A stretch of DNA of 64,000 nt, from NCBI GenBank assembly GCA_963514005.1, contig OY740801.1, forward strand, positions 13,640,001 to 13,704,000. The letters are read 5' to 3'. Under the pieces are notes generated by a model. It saw only the letters and a program-made list of their open reading frames with translations, ran no database searches and was not told the origin of the DNA. Position 1 is the first letter of the stretch, and every line of letters starts with the position of its first letter. This document shows, one piece after another, positions 1 through 12,658 of this stretch. The translations under genes and the position numbers were made by a program. This stretch comes from Raja brachyura (taxonomy: Eukaryota).

Positions 1-739
1 ATGTTGCTGGATAAGATTTTCTCTTGAGGTGTATGGATATTTTAAGAAAATTCACAATGAGGATAAGGATAATTCTGTCTGAATGTCTTGGCTTGTTAGG
101 AAGTGTCGTGAACAGTGCTTAAATAGATAAGAGTGTAGATGGTTGATTGAGGAAAGAATGTAACCTGTTCTATAACATAAATAGATTAGGTTTAGAACTC
201 TGCAAACAAGGCACATATTTAAAGATTATTTTAAATATTGGAAATTATTGTTTTTTGGTCAAACATTATTTAGTAATGTGAAGGATCTTCCACATGTAAA
301 GTTTCATATTAAATCTTGATATTTTATTTTTGCATCAAAAATGTTGTACTGAAGAGTGAGTGACTGAGTTAGCAAATATGCCAGTGCTGTTTGCGCTGCT
401 ACATTAGGCCTTTGTGGTTTGAAGGGGAGAGCCCGGTGTAATTCACAGATGGGGGTCTGTACTTGGTGTGTGTAGAGTGAGACGGGACAGAATATGCAGT
501 ATGTGGCAGGCCTGCAGTTCTCGTTGTTGATGGATCTGAATAAATAAACATGGTGTAGGTGAGATAGCAGGAGGATGGGCATCATGCTTGCAAATATACA
601 CCAGCCTCGGGACAATGGACAGAAATAATGAATAGTCGGCACCCCCAGTTTGCTCGAAAGTATTTGAACATTTTTTTTTGTCTGGATATTTTACTGTAAT
701 ATAACATAGAATTGATGCTCATTCAGTCCTCTATGTGAC

Positions 740-1838
740 ACTAGGCCAGGTGCGGACCCGTAGGGCCTGGCCCCAAGGCAGTATTCCACCACTGACCCAT
801 AGCCCCCAAATGTGCAGGTGCGGCTAATGGGTTCCCGTTTTGACGCCAGCGATCCCCGTTGTGACGAGAGTCCCTCCCCCAACAGCGCAGGTGTGGCCGG
901 CAAGTGGGAGCGCGATTGCGATGTTTTTGAAGTTCAAAATGGCAATAACTTGTAAAAAAATAAGATCAATGTGAACGCATCTCACTCTTCCTCTTCAGTC
1001 TCCTATTCCCCTCCTCCATTATCCTTCCTCACCCCACCCTACACCAACACTCCTCTGCTTCCTGCCCTCACCCCCTCCCTGCCCTCCTCCCTCTACCCCT
1101 TCCCCTCCTCCATCACCTCGCCATCCCTCTTCCGACCCCTATCCTCCTCCATTCCCCCTCATCCCCCAGCACTCCCTACCCTCCTCCACCCCTCTCCCAC
1201 TCCCTCCCTCTCCTTTCCCCACTTAGTCACTCCCTCCATCCCTCCCTCTATAACCCCTCTCCCCTCCTCTCCCGCTATCCTCCTGCCCCCTCACACCTCA
1301 CCTCCTCCCTATCCCGCCCCCCACTCTCCCTCCTCATCTTCCCCACTGCCCTCCTCTCCTGCTATTCCCCACTCCCTATCTCCCCCACTCCCCCCCATCT
1401 CTCCCTCCATCCCCCCTTCTCGCCCATACTCTCTCCTCACCCCCCCACTTTCCCCTCCCTCTCCCTCCCGACCCCCCTCCGCTCCCTCTATCCCCTGCTC
1501 CCCCACTCCTCACCTCCCCCTATCCCACCTCCCCACAATGAAAATCACAATTTTTTAAAATGAAATTCTCAATGAAAATCGCATTTTCCTTTAAAATAAC
1601 CTAACACAACGTTAGCTGTGAATGAAAACGGAAGAATTTGATTAAAACTAATTTTTCTTTTTGTTGAAAATAGCTTTTTTTAATGTAAATGAGATTCGGG
1701 AACCCATCGTGACTTTGTACATGGCTAATGGATGATATCTTTTCATTATAAATGGCACAGATAATCATTGGGAACCTGATTGTACCCGGTCATATATTTA
1801 AAATGCACTAAGTGCAATGACCTAGTGCAATGTCTAGT
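740..1838 (-). mobile_element. Possible non-autonomous Helitron/Helentron-like element with an internal low-complexity tract
   Basis: Minus-strand GC-rich hairpin (746-770) followed by CTAGT at 744-740, like a Helitron 3' terminus; the other end is uncertain (CTAGT at 1834-1838). Confidence 0.35.
985..1535. repeat. C/T-rich low-complexity polypyrimidine tract
   Basis: About 550 nt of CCCT/CCTC-type runs with very few G. Confidence 0.9.
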
Positions 1839-3993
1839 TATTAAAAACCTGGCATGGGAATGGTGATTATCAGCTGTGTTCTTTGATGACTGTTACCATG
1901 ATTTTAATTTCTATCACTGGTCTAGAATAAACCAAAAAACATTAATTTGAGGCTGTTGAAAGTTTAAGTTTAGTTTATTGTCACACCTACAGTGAAAAGC
2001 TTTTGTTACGTGCTAACCAGTAACCAGTTTTTTTGGGGGGTTTTTTGGTACCAGTGGAAATACAGTCGGCAATTAAGGATTCGTTTAACTTTTCTGAAAT
2101 TCCGTAAATGGTTTTATCTTTATTGTGACTCAGTTAATGTTTCTTTCCCTCCATCATCTGAACCTCATCCCTTGCAGCCCTATTTACCCCGCCTCCAATC
2201 AACTCTGATCTTGGGTTAGGAATGGTATAGAAAATTGATATAAATATGGAGACAATTTAACTGTTTAGCAATTAAATTGGCAGGTCCTACAGTTCTGAGG
2301 CGAGTATTCAAATATCAATATGGCAGCTGTGGAATTCATTCAATAATCTGGAATTTGTGCAAGGAAAAGAAAACCTACCTTTAGTTAATGATCACCATGT
2401 AAGATACTGAATTGTCAATTAAGAAAAAAAATATCTGCCTCATTGATGTCCTTCCACCTCACCCATCTGACCCAAATATCCAAACCAGGCCCACTCTACT
2501 TGACTGACTCTTACATGCCCTCTGAACTCACCAACAAACCATTCCGTTAAGAAGTAATTCACCACTCCTTTAGAAGGTAATTATGATTGGGAGAATAAAT
2601 TCTGCCAGCAACATCCAGATTTCAAAAATAAAGTTTAAAAATAAATGAAGGTGCTGGTTTTGTTCCCTGTCCTATTCTGAATTTGTTTGTCTTAACTAGA
2701 AAGATTTAAATCAAATCAAATCAAAATCAAAGATTGTAGGCTCGTGAAGTTGGTCCCTTCTCTATTTAGGTCTTGTTTTATATCACTTCGTATTCTAAAA
2801 TGATGTAGGTGGTTATTTGATGAAAATTTCTTGTCAAGGTCACTTGTCAATAAGAATAAAATCTCAAACTATTAACAGAATTGTATCATGACAATGGTAC
2901 CTTCTTACGAGGGGCAGAATGAGCAATTTCTGCAACAATATATGAAAATCTGTGAAATTTGCTTTGAAAGAAAACTTGTATTTTATTTTTGCTAGGTAGT
3001 GTGACACAGTGGTAGAGTCGATATACGTGGAAACGAGTATTTGGCCCATTGAGTCTGTACAGGCCAAGCACCCATTTACACTATTATTCTTTCCACATTT
3101 TCATCATAGCTCCTCCCCGCCCGCGAACATTGCCATTCAGCTACGTAGTAGGGATAATTTACCTTGGTAAATAACCTACTAGTACGTCTTTGCTAACTAG
3201 GGAAACTTGTGCAGTCACAAGGAAAATGTGCAAATCTCACACACAGCACCAGATAATTGAACCTGGGCCGCTGGAGCAGTGAGCTAGCAGTTTGCTAGTG
3301 CTCTGCCCTGTGACTGCTTCCTTGATCTCCCTCTGAGCTATAGGCTACATTTTCCGACCCTCCATTGTTGCAGGTAGTAGTTAATAGCTACTAACCAAAC
3401 ACTGATTCCATTTTGTTCAGAGTCAAGCCTAATTATATTAGTCCCTACCATCCGATATGAAGTCTGTACAGACTCTGAGTGGAATTTTCTGGTCCATATG
3501 TCTCACGATACCAGAATTAAATGATTGCAGGAACCTATTCTGTTTCAATTGTATTTGTTATATCTCCTTTCTCATCTCTGAGAATTTTCTGGTATGTTTC
3601 TGTTTACAGTACATATGAAAATGTTGACATTTAATGTTACTAGCTGACCTCCCAAATTGTGCTCCTAACTGTAACCACCATGCGAATTAGTATTGGTAGT
3701 AATTTGTGACTTTGGCTCTTTATCAATCACGTTCTTTAAACATTTTGAGGTTTCATCTAATATTTGAAGTTTCTCATTTCCCAACCAATGTCCCGGCAAC
3801 AGAGCTTGGTATACAACAAAATAATTGCAGAGTTCCGGTGGTATCCACTCTCAGACTCACAGTGAGATTGGCAAGTTCTATTAGCAGAGAGAGGGGGGGA
3901 AACTATAGAATGTGAGCTCCAACACTTCCATATTTGTCTTGACTGTGTTTTTCCGATTTGACTCATTTAACCAAATTTCTTTTCCTGCTTTAG

Positions 3994-4086
3994 GTTCTGC
4001 TTTAGATCTTCATTTTGGTGACGTAAATGTTGCATCTCTTGATAAAGAATTAGAGGATCAAGATACTAGTGACATAGGATTAAAAG
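3994..4086 (+). CDS. UNKL: UNKL coding exon (GSALDLHFGDVNVASLDKELEDQDTSDIGLK)
   Basis: tag acceptor 3991-3993, gtaat donor at 4087, 93 nt, phase 1-1. Confidence 0.92.
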
Positions 4087-7000
4087 GTAATCACTGAAAA
4101 GTAATTTCATCCCTCACCAACATATCTACATTTACATCCAGGTCATTTATATGTATCACAAACAGCAGAGATCCCAATACAGATCCGTGCAGAATTCCAC
4201 TGGTCGCAGACTCCAGCCAGAATACCTTCTATCACAAATCCCTGTCTTCCATGACTAAGACAGTTCTGAATCCATACAACTAAGTCATCCAGTACATCTT
4301 AATCGTTTGGATCAGGCAACCACGAGGGACCTTATCAAGCTCCTTACTAAAAATCTAATGTATATAACATCCACTGACATACCTGCATCATTATTTTTCA
4401 TCATCTCAAAAAACCCAATCAAATTAGTGAGACCTGTCGCGTACAAAGCCATGCCGGCTATCCCTAATTAGCTGTTAAAGTGGCAAAGTAGTGGTGCTCA
4501 TGCGCTCCAATTCTTAACTGAACACTGAGCGGTTAATGCCATAGATCAAATAACAATGCTCGTTGGAAGCATTAACTTTTGTAATGAATTGTATCTCCCT
4601 GACGTCGTTGACATTATTTTTTTCCAATACATTTATTTTGCATTCACAGGTCAGAGACTATTGGGCAGTTCGGCTCCTGTAAATATTCCAGGATCTCTTG
4701 CTCGTTCTTCTTCTTTGCATTCTTCTTCCTCCTTATCTGCCTCTCCACTTGGTTCCCTTTCCCAATCTTTCCTATCATCCAGCATGGCTCCACAGCAGCA
4801 GCAGCAATCAAAATCTGAGCATACTCTCCTGGGTACTTCAGCTTCCTCGCACAGTTCCTTGGGTAAGTTATTGTAACATTTCTTGCATCTCTTTTATGTA
4901 TTTTGACTTCAATGGTTTTAAATGTACCAATTTATTTAGAATAGTACTTGTATTTTTTCAGTAATACTTGTTATTCATTATTTGTGGTCTATCAAATAGT
5001 GCTTCCTTGTGTAATGTACTGAACAGTCTTTGAGGACCAAACCATGACATCCTGTGTAAATGGGTCCTCACAGTGTCAACATATGTTTTATCATAATCTA
5101 TAAAATCACAGAATTGTTCCTGCAGTGGTGGTGGCAATTTTCCCATTATGTCCTAACGTTCTCATAGAGTAATCTATTCAGTCCTTCTGCCCTGTTCTTT
5201 TCTCATAGATCTGAACAAATATTGTACCTCAGATCCCTATAAAGGTTTCTTTGAAAACCCTGATTACCACCATCCTTACAAGTGGTGAGCTCCCAATCAT
5301 AACCATACCCTAGTGTATATTGAAGGAAAACTCCTTGCATCCTCCTTGGTGTCACTTTGAATTGATGTCACCTGCATCTCCAAACACCTGCTGATTGTTA
5401 CCGCTTCTCCCCATTTGCCCTTTCTACGTTTATCACGCTTTTGTTCATCTTTGTCAAAATTCCTTTTAAACGTTGCTTCAAGTAGGATCCCATCTTCCTC
5501 GGTCTAATCTTACAACTGAAATCTCTCATTCGTGGGACCATTCTAGTACATCTCTTCCGTATCATTTTAGGCCTGCAGGTGCTTCCTAAAGTAATTATAT
5601 TGGATACTGGTATTTTATGATGATCCAATATACTTTCCTGCTTTTTTCTTTTTTGTTTCATTCCAGGATCTGATATACTTCCATCCCTCCCTGAATGTGT
5701 CCCACCACCTTCTAGGATTTGGGTTCCTGCACTCCTTAAACCTGTGCTTTTAGTCTACATTATCTCTAATGTCTTTCTGCCAAAATAAGTCGCTTCATAT
5801 TTCTCTTAAATTTCACTTCTCACTCTTCACCTGGCACATCTCTGTGACTCGGAGGATATGAAAATTACAGCAAGATACACCATCATGAGGGAACTTGATG
5901 AGGTGGATGTGGAGAGAATGTTTCCTCTAGTAAGAGAATGTAGAACTAGAGGTCGCTATTTGCACATGCAAGTCAGATGAAGCACAATTTTTAATTTTTT
6001 TTTCTGAGGTTTAAGTTTTGGAACTCTCCCTCAAATGGTGGAAGCAGTATTCAAATACTTTTATGGCAGAGATGGATAGATTCTTGACAAGCACGAGGGA
6101 ATAAGGTTACTAGGTATTGGCAGAATTATATATTTGAGATTTGCTATCGGATCAACTGTGGTCTTATTGATTGGCAGAGCAGGCTTAAGGGCCAATTGCC
6201 TTGCTCCTGCTGCTAATTCATATATTCTATGTGCACATTCATCCAGGGACACCAGATTTAGAAGTCCCAACCATTTCTTTGTGAGAACAGCTTGTTCTGA
6301 AACCTTTGAACCTCAGCCTTGAAACCCTCTCATTGTTTCGGCACTGATATATCTTCAATTATTTCTGCTTTGCCTCTGTCAATGCATATATTGTCCTGGC
6401 CTCTCTGCTTAAGACTTACTAACTTTTATGTCAACTGGGATTATTTTCCTGTGATTTACAATTGTCCATCTTACTTTCCTTTTTACCTCTTTCAAGTGCT
6501 GTGTTCTGCCCAGTTCTCACTTAAATTCTTCAAATGATATGTATCATACACCTTTTTTGTTTTATTCTCTATGTTCCGCCTCCTTTGTCATCCAGGGGGC
6601 TCTGGCTTTGGTTCCCCTAGCTTTGACCTTTGTGGGAATGTAAGAACCTCTTCTCGAAGCATCTCTTTAACGATTTTATTTTCCATTCCCGTTTTATCTG
6701 CCACATGAACTTGGGCAGATTTCCCCCTTGTTCCATTGGTGGTTAGCCCTCCTCCATTCGAGATGATTTAGATTGAGAGGGGGTAAGAAATAATCTAAAC
6801 CTTTGATATTGTTCACGTCCACCTGGCTAGCCATTATTTCTGTGGAAATAGATCCACCAATACACTATATTAGGTCAAATGACTACGGATCAAGAAGGTT
6901 CTCTTGAACAAATTTTAGTAACTCTGCCTTGGTAATTGAAGATTTGTGATATCTTTACATGCACATCAATCTGTTCTGGAGATTTCCTTTAGCTTCCTCT

Positions 7001-9994
7001 CACGATTTGCCATTTACAGAATATCCCCAAAAGCTTCATTGCGTCCTCTTCCTTAACTCATCGTTGACTCGCTCAAAGGTGACCCCTCTCCTGTCAGCGT
7101 TATTGTGACAACTCTTCTGTAATTATGTTTCAGTGGTATCACCTTGCTTGCTTTTCTACACATCTGTATCCAGAACTCTAAAATATCCCATTCTACTTTT
7201 TTTTCCAAGCCCTGTGTCAATTATTGTTGCAGCACCACATTTCTCGCATCTCTATTTGTGCCTGTAGCTCACCAACCGTGTTGGCCGCACTTTGTGCACT
7301 ACACATTCTTTCTAAACCCTTGATTGTCTTCTCAGTAAACTCACTTCATTTGCTCGAACCCAAGACACTGTCATTCCAATTGTCACTTCCACTCCCTTAT
7401 GTCACTTGTTCCTCACTTTTCCTTCTGCATACTGGTACCTGTTCTCCTGCCGACTTAGTCTAATGGTGGAAACACTCTCTCAAATTTGGCTAATGTTGAC
7501 ACTTGAGTCATGGAATTGGATGAAGGGAGAAATAGAGCACAGAACTGGGTTAAGGAGCTTGAGAATGCAGTACTGGGTGAGAGGGCATAGCACTGGATTG
7601 TGACTTCAATAGGACAAACGGCATAATGCCTTGAATACAAAGAAATTAGCCACATTAATATCATTAGCAATGTAGCAAATGAATGCAGGAAGCTTTTACT
7701 GCCATGCTGATCTTCCTTCAGAGCCATGTTTTGTGGATGATGGGGCACCAGTATCAGAACCTGCATGTTATCTTATTGCCCCTCTTCCCCATTGAATTGT
7801 GCATTTGAAATCTGTTTTCCTTCCATTAGGTTTGAATGGTGTTTCTGGAAGCATCTGGGATCATTTTGTTAGTGGTAATTTCTCTCCCAGTCCATCCCCT
7901 GTATTCAGTAGTAGTGCCACAACCACCACTGCTGGCTCGAGCAACAGTGAGCTCACCAGAGTGCGGAGAGAACTTGAGGAGGCAAAACGGAAGATCAAAC
8001 AGTGGGAAGACTCTTGGCAGCAAGTGAAGCAGGTGGGTGTGAAGGGGATAGACATGCATTTCCAGATCTTTGGAACAAGTTCTTTAGAGCTCTCCTTCCA
8101 ACCAGATAATGGATACATGCTGCAAATTACTAGGAAATAAGTCATGAGATTGCACATTTAGTAATGGATGTGTTTGAGTTGCCTGAATGTTGGTAAAAAA
8201 ATGTAGAAATGTCAGTGGTGGGATGGCTCATACGTAAGAGAGGCTTGCATGGGCTTTATGTGAGTCCTAATGTCTTCTCATTCTAGCTTATCTGTTACGT
8301 TGTGATCATGTGTATCTTGGATGTTTGATGTTGCTATTACGTGATTCCAATTACATGTAATTAACTAAAATTTGGTATCCTTTGTACCAAACCATGTAGC
8401 CAAATGGCTATAACTGAACAGTTAAATGACAATAACTGAACAACCATTCTCATTGATACCATCACACCAGAGATTGACTTTACATTAGTGTTTCTGCAAG
8501 TGTCTCACTGCGATCTTTGCATTGTTAGTGCTTTGCTTCAGCCAATAATTCCATTAGTGAAATGTTGCTTCTTCAATCCCAGATTGAATGGATAGATGAT
8601 GAATTAGTGTTGGGCTGTGGATACAGCATTTCTCAAAAATACAGTTGCGCGAGGTCACCAGTTTACTTTTGAGGATGAATTAAAGTTCATTACAGTTGTG
8701 TTTTTTTCTTCCTCTGCTCGTTTTATGACATTGTTTCTGTAATCAGGCATGTGATGCATGGCAAAAGGAAGCTCAGGAAGCCAAAGAAAGGGCGAAAGTG
8801 GCTGATACCGACCGGCAAGTAGTAATACAACAGAAGGAAGAAGTGGATAAACAACTAAAAAAACTTCAAGAGGATTTCGATGCTTTATGTCATTCTCCAA
8901 ACTTTCCCCTTCTTAGAAACTATGGGGACATAGACAAGCTTCCTTTACCTAAGCTTCATTCTATACAAAGCCAATTACGTGCTGATTTGGACCTTGTAGA
9001 TGGGGTGAGTTGGAACGTGTATTTAGCTTGTAGAAAATAAAGCCGTAAAGTATATATGCCTTTTTAAAAAAAAAAAGAAGAAGCCTACTGCACTCACCCA
9101 TTCTAACTTTGAAAGTACGTTACTTTATTTACCAAACTAAGAATTCGGGATCCAAAATATGACTGATTCTTTACGTAGCAGGAAACCATCGGTTTCATCT
9201 GGGATTAATTAGCTGATTTCTAGTTAACAGATCACTACTGGGACAGAAGAGAACGCATGGAGTTCCCACTCCATATTGCTATACAATTGTTGGAAGTGTG
9301 GTTTGATTTGCATGCGTGTATGCATATGTGACATTTTGTCCTGGATTGAACAGCACTTGCACCAATAATGCAACCTGGGCAGTGAAGAAATAACCAATGA
9401 AAGCTGTCTTAAGGACTGCACCACAGTGAGAGTTAGCAACCTGTGTGGAGTAAGGCAATGATAATATCCTGCTTTAGACCAAAACCTTGTAATTAGCTAC
9501 TCATCTTTTCCATTGTGTGTGCTCGGAAAGTGGAACCTGAACAATGAAGCATTTTATTTTGGGTGCCATCCACTGAAAATCAGACATGTTATTTGACCAG
9601 ACCTTCAGGCCTTCGGGTTCCATTAATAGTAGGACTGTGATAGCGTGCTGGACGTTGAGGGGATGGGGTTAATAGATATTGAGCTTGTAATGAACATGAA
9701 TATTTATGGCATCTTAAATGCATGGTGAACAAAAGTTTTGATCTATTTTTTACAAGCTTAAAAAACTATGTAGAATGTTATAAGCTTGGCAAAGAAATTG
9801 CAATATTCAAATCACTATTTATTTTTCATTCAATACAGGTAATATATCAGCTCCAGTCGAAGAAATGCATTGTATGCCAGGAACGTGACCGTTCTATATT
9901 ACTCCAGCCTTGCCAGCATTATGTCCTCTGTGAGCACTGTGCACCTAACAAAATTGAATGTCCCTATTGTAAAACTAAAGTAATGAACTGGTGA
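3994..9994 (+). CDS. UNKL: Unkempt-like RING/CCCH zinc finger protein, 3' part (5'-partial); exons 3994-4086, 4650-4862, 7830-8032, 8747-9004, 9839-9994
   Basis: Spliced translation GSALDLHFGDVNVASLDKELE...GSSAPVNIPGSL...ELTRVRRELEEAKRKIKQWEDSWQQVKQACDAWQKEAQEAKE...CIVCQERDRSILLQPCQHYVLCEHCAPNKIECPYCKTKVMNW* matches the recalled UNKL C-terminus (coiled coil + RING). All junctions are GT-AG with consistent phases. Synteny with GNPTG/TSR3/BAIAP3 favours UNKL over UNK. Confidence 0.95.
4105..4470 (-). mobile_element. Old CR1 LINE RT fragment in a UNKL intron
   Basis: Reverse-strand CR1 RT-like sequence (GATCCCAATACAGATCC..CCACTGGTC, GGGACCTTATCAAGC). Confidence 0.6.
4650..4862 (+). CDS. UNKL: UNKL coding exon (Ser-rich, GQRLLGSSAPVNIPGSLARS...)
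   Basis: cag acceptor, gtaag donor at 4863, 213 nt, phase 1-1. Confidence 0.92.
7830..8032 (+). CDS. UNKL: UNKL coding exon (GLNGVSGSIWDHFVSG...WQQVKQ)
   Basis: tag acceptor, gtggg donor at 8033, 203 nt, phase 1-0. Confidence 0.93.
8747..9004 (+). CDS. UNKL: UNKL coding exon (coiled coil, ACDAWQKEAQEAKE...LDLVDG)
   Basis: cag acceptor, gtgagt donor at 9005, 258 nt, phase 0-0. Confidence 0.93.
9839..9994 (+). CDS. UNKL: UNKL terminal coding exon (RING finger, stop TGA)
   Basis: cag acceptor 9836-9838; VIYQLQSKKCIVCQERDRSILLQPCQHYVLCEHCAPNKIECPYCKTKVMNW*. Confidence 0.94.
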   Translation, partial: VIYQLQSKKCIVCQERDRSILLQPCQHYVLCEHCAPNKIECPYCKTKVMNW

Positions 9995-11212
9995 TGAATA
10001 TATTCCAGGTACATGGAACTAGCCTTTTGAAGAACGACTACACTATTCTAACAAATCAAAGCTGTAGTGCCCCCCTTCATATTGGAAATATTTAAAATTA
10101 CGCAGTGAGTACATCCTACCCTACAAAATACAGCATTTGTTTCTGTATTTATTTACTAATTATTTTAATACATATAAACTCTTCTCTTTTCCCTGGGAAA
10201 ACTTGCAATATGCATCTTGGTAACCCAGTTAATCACAGTAACTCATTTGGTCTTTTCTTGAGCACGTTTAGCTATACAGTTTGCTTTAGTCTGACTGACG
10301 TGCTTTTTAGACTGTTGCTGCATTTCCATCACTTCTGAGTTTACAACTGGACCCTTACCGCATGCATTCAGAACGAAAAATTGAAGTAAACTCTAGGCAC
10401 TTCAGATATCAAGTTCTAGTGTAGGATCGACTTGCTGTGTGTTTCCAATGAATACTGCATGCACAGCACTGCAGCTTTAGCATTTTTATGTTCTAGTATT
10501 TTACATATAAAATTTTAAAAGAAAAAAAAGACTAGGTTATGTGAAGAGGTTTAATTTCCTGTAAAGCACTTTGTTAACCTGGGTTTTTTTTCCGTTTAGA
10601 GGTTATAATAAATTGCTTTCAAGCTGCTTTGTAGTTTTTTTCAGAATATGTGATGATATAAAGCTTTGTATGTGTACTGTGAAAACTATTAATAGGTATT
10701 TGGTATTCCAATTCTTACTGTTAAATCATAGTAAAGTGGACATTGTTAGATTTCCTATTCTAATTAAGTACAATTATAAATATTAGTATTGTGCAACTTG
10801 CTAGGATTTTTACATTTTTCAATTTATAAATTAAATGCAAACTTTTAATGCTTAAAAGGATAACCAGCAGCAATTTCATACAGGCACATATGCTAAACTA
10901 AGCAAACAAATAGTCTGAAGAGAAGTTTGCTATTTTATATAATAAAATGAACCAGTCTTTTTTTTTCCTCCAAAGCGAGCTGTGTTGACCAGCTTGTGGT
11001 TGGAGATTTTGTAGCTAGCATCATGAAAGTTTTTAATGAGTTGTTTTGTTTCTTCTCTGTTGGTGCAACTCCTAGCCTTGTAAGTATTTTAAATGATTAT
11101 CTAATTTCTGGCCACTGTTACCAAGTGCCTTCTGCCTTGCCTAAATCTAAATTGCAATGACAACTTTTGTCAGACAGGCAAAGGTACTTTGATGTGAGAT
11201 CTTTGCACTGAT

Positions 11213-11219
11213 TATATAT

Positions 11220-11273
<54 letters not shown>
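11213..11273. repeat. (TA)n(CA)n(CG)n(CA)n microsatellite
   Basis: Directly visible alternating purine-pyrimidine run in the putative UNKL 3'UTR. Confidence 0.95.
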
Positions 11274-11275
<2 letters not shown>

Positions 11276-12143
11276 ATATTTAAATATATAATTAATGCGA
11301 AACTACAGACCAGCTTTCTCTTAACCGAAAAGAGGTAAGGTGCATAAAATTCAGGATGAAACCATACTGATAGTGGATGTTTTGAAATTTCCACCACTTC
11401 TTCTTCTGTGATTTTTGAGTATACTTGTTACTGGAGGGCTAAGACATGTCCTCTCCTTTACATTGGTCACTTGATTGAACAGCATTGTTTGTACGTTATA
11501 ATAAGAATGAAAAAACTGACCTATTACTGTGTTGATTTAAATTATTTGTCGTCACTTCTTGTCATTCTGTATTAGAAGTCCATTGATAATATTGCCAACA
11601 AAGTGTTGAAATGCAGATCAGCGATGTTCACAGAAACTAGTGTAGTTGAGTGAATGGATCATGAAATGCCGTAATTCATGAATTGTGTACAGATCTCTGT
11701 ATTTTTTAAATCTGGTTTGCATTGGGACATGAGTATTGCTAAGCGCCACGTGCAAATGGAGGGAAGCCCTGGTCCTTGCTGGAATATCCTTGCGACATAA
11801 CCTAGAGAGTGCCATAAAAAATGGATAAAGTCCAGTTCTGAGTAGAAGCGAATGGTTATTGTCTTGAAAACTAATGTCACAACCAATCTTATTTAAACTT
11901 GTACCAGATCAGCTTGCTGGCTTAAAAGAAATTCGAACTAAGGCAGGAGCTGAAAACAATTTTTAATAATGTTAACAGTAACATGTAATCAACACAATTT
12001 TAATTCTCATTTGTCTATTATATAACTATGGCTTTATGCAAAAAATCTTTAATTTCTATGAATATCAATTGTATTTTAAATTTTGAATTAACATACCGAA
12101 GGAAAAAGAAATCTTAAAAGCAGTCAGAATTAATTATTTAAAT

Positions 12144-12658
12144 ATAAAACAAAGAACTGAAGATGCTGGTTTATACAAACGATAGACACAAAGTGCTGGA
12201 ATAACTCGGCTGGTCAAGCAGCATCTCTGGAATAAAAGGATGGGCGACGTTTCGGATTGGTGCCCTCTCTCAGACTATGGAACTGATTAGAGAATTCAGC
12301 GTTCATACCTCTGGGTTATCGGCTGCTCAAGCAAATTTTGCTTGTAGCTTACAACCCAGTGGTATGAAAGTTGAATTCTCTCATTTTAAGTAACTTCTAC
12401 CTTCACTCCCCCCCCCCCCCCTCCCCCTTCCTCCACCCTAGTTGCTTAACCAGTTCAACGGTTCACCATATTGTATCCCTCTTGAGATCACGCCTTCCCT
12501 GGCCAACAGTGGGGTCATTTGTGGCCGACATCCAGTTCTTCATCACCCCACCCCCTAGTTTCATTCTGAAGAAGGCTCCGACCCAAAACGTCACCCATTC
12601 CTTTTCTCCAGAGACGCTGCCTGACCCGCTGAGTTACTCCAACACTTTGTGTCTATCT
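12144..12658. mobile_element. Penelope-derived insertion with inverted pLTRs in the UNKL 3'UTR
   Basis: Arms at about 12180-12275 and 12565-12658 are reverse complements; TTAATTATTTAAAT direct repeat on both flanks. Confidence 0.8.

Noticed and set aside
971-1558. 195-aa Pro/Ser-rich ORF
   Set aside because: Translation of a low-complexity C/T tract with a non-ATG start and no clear splice support.
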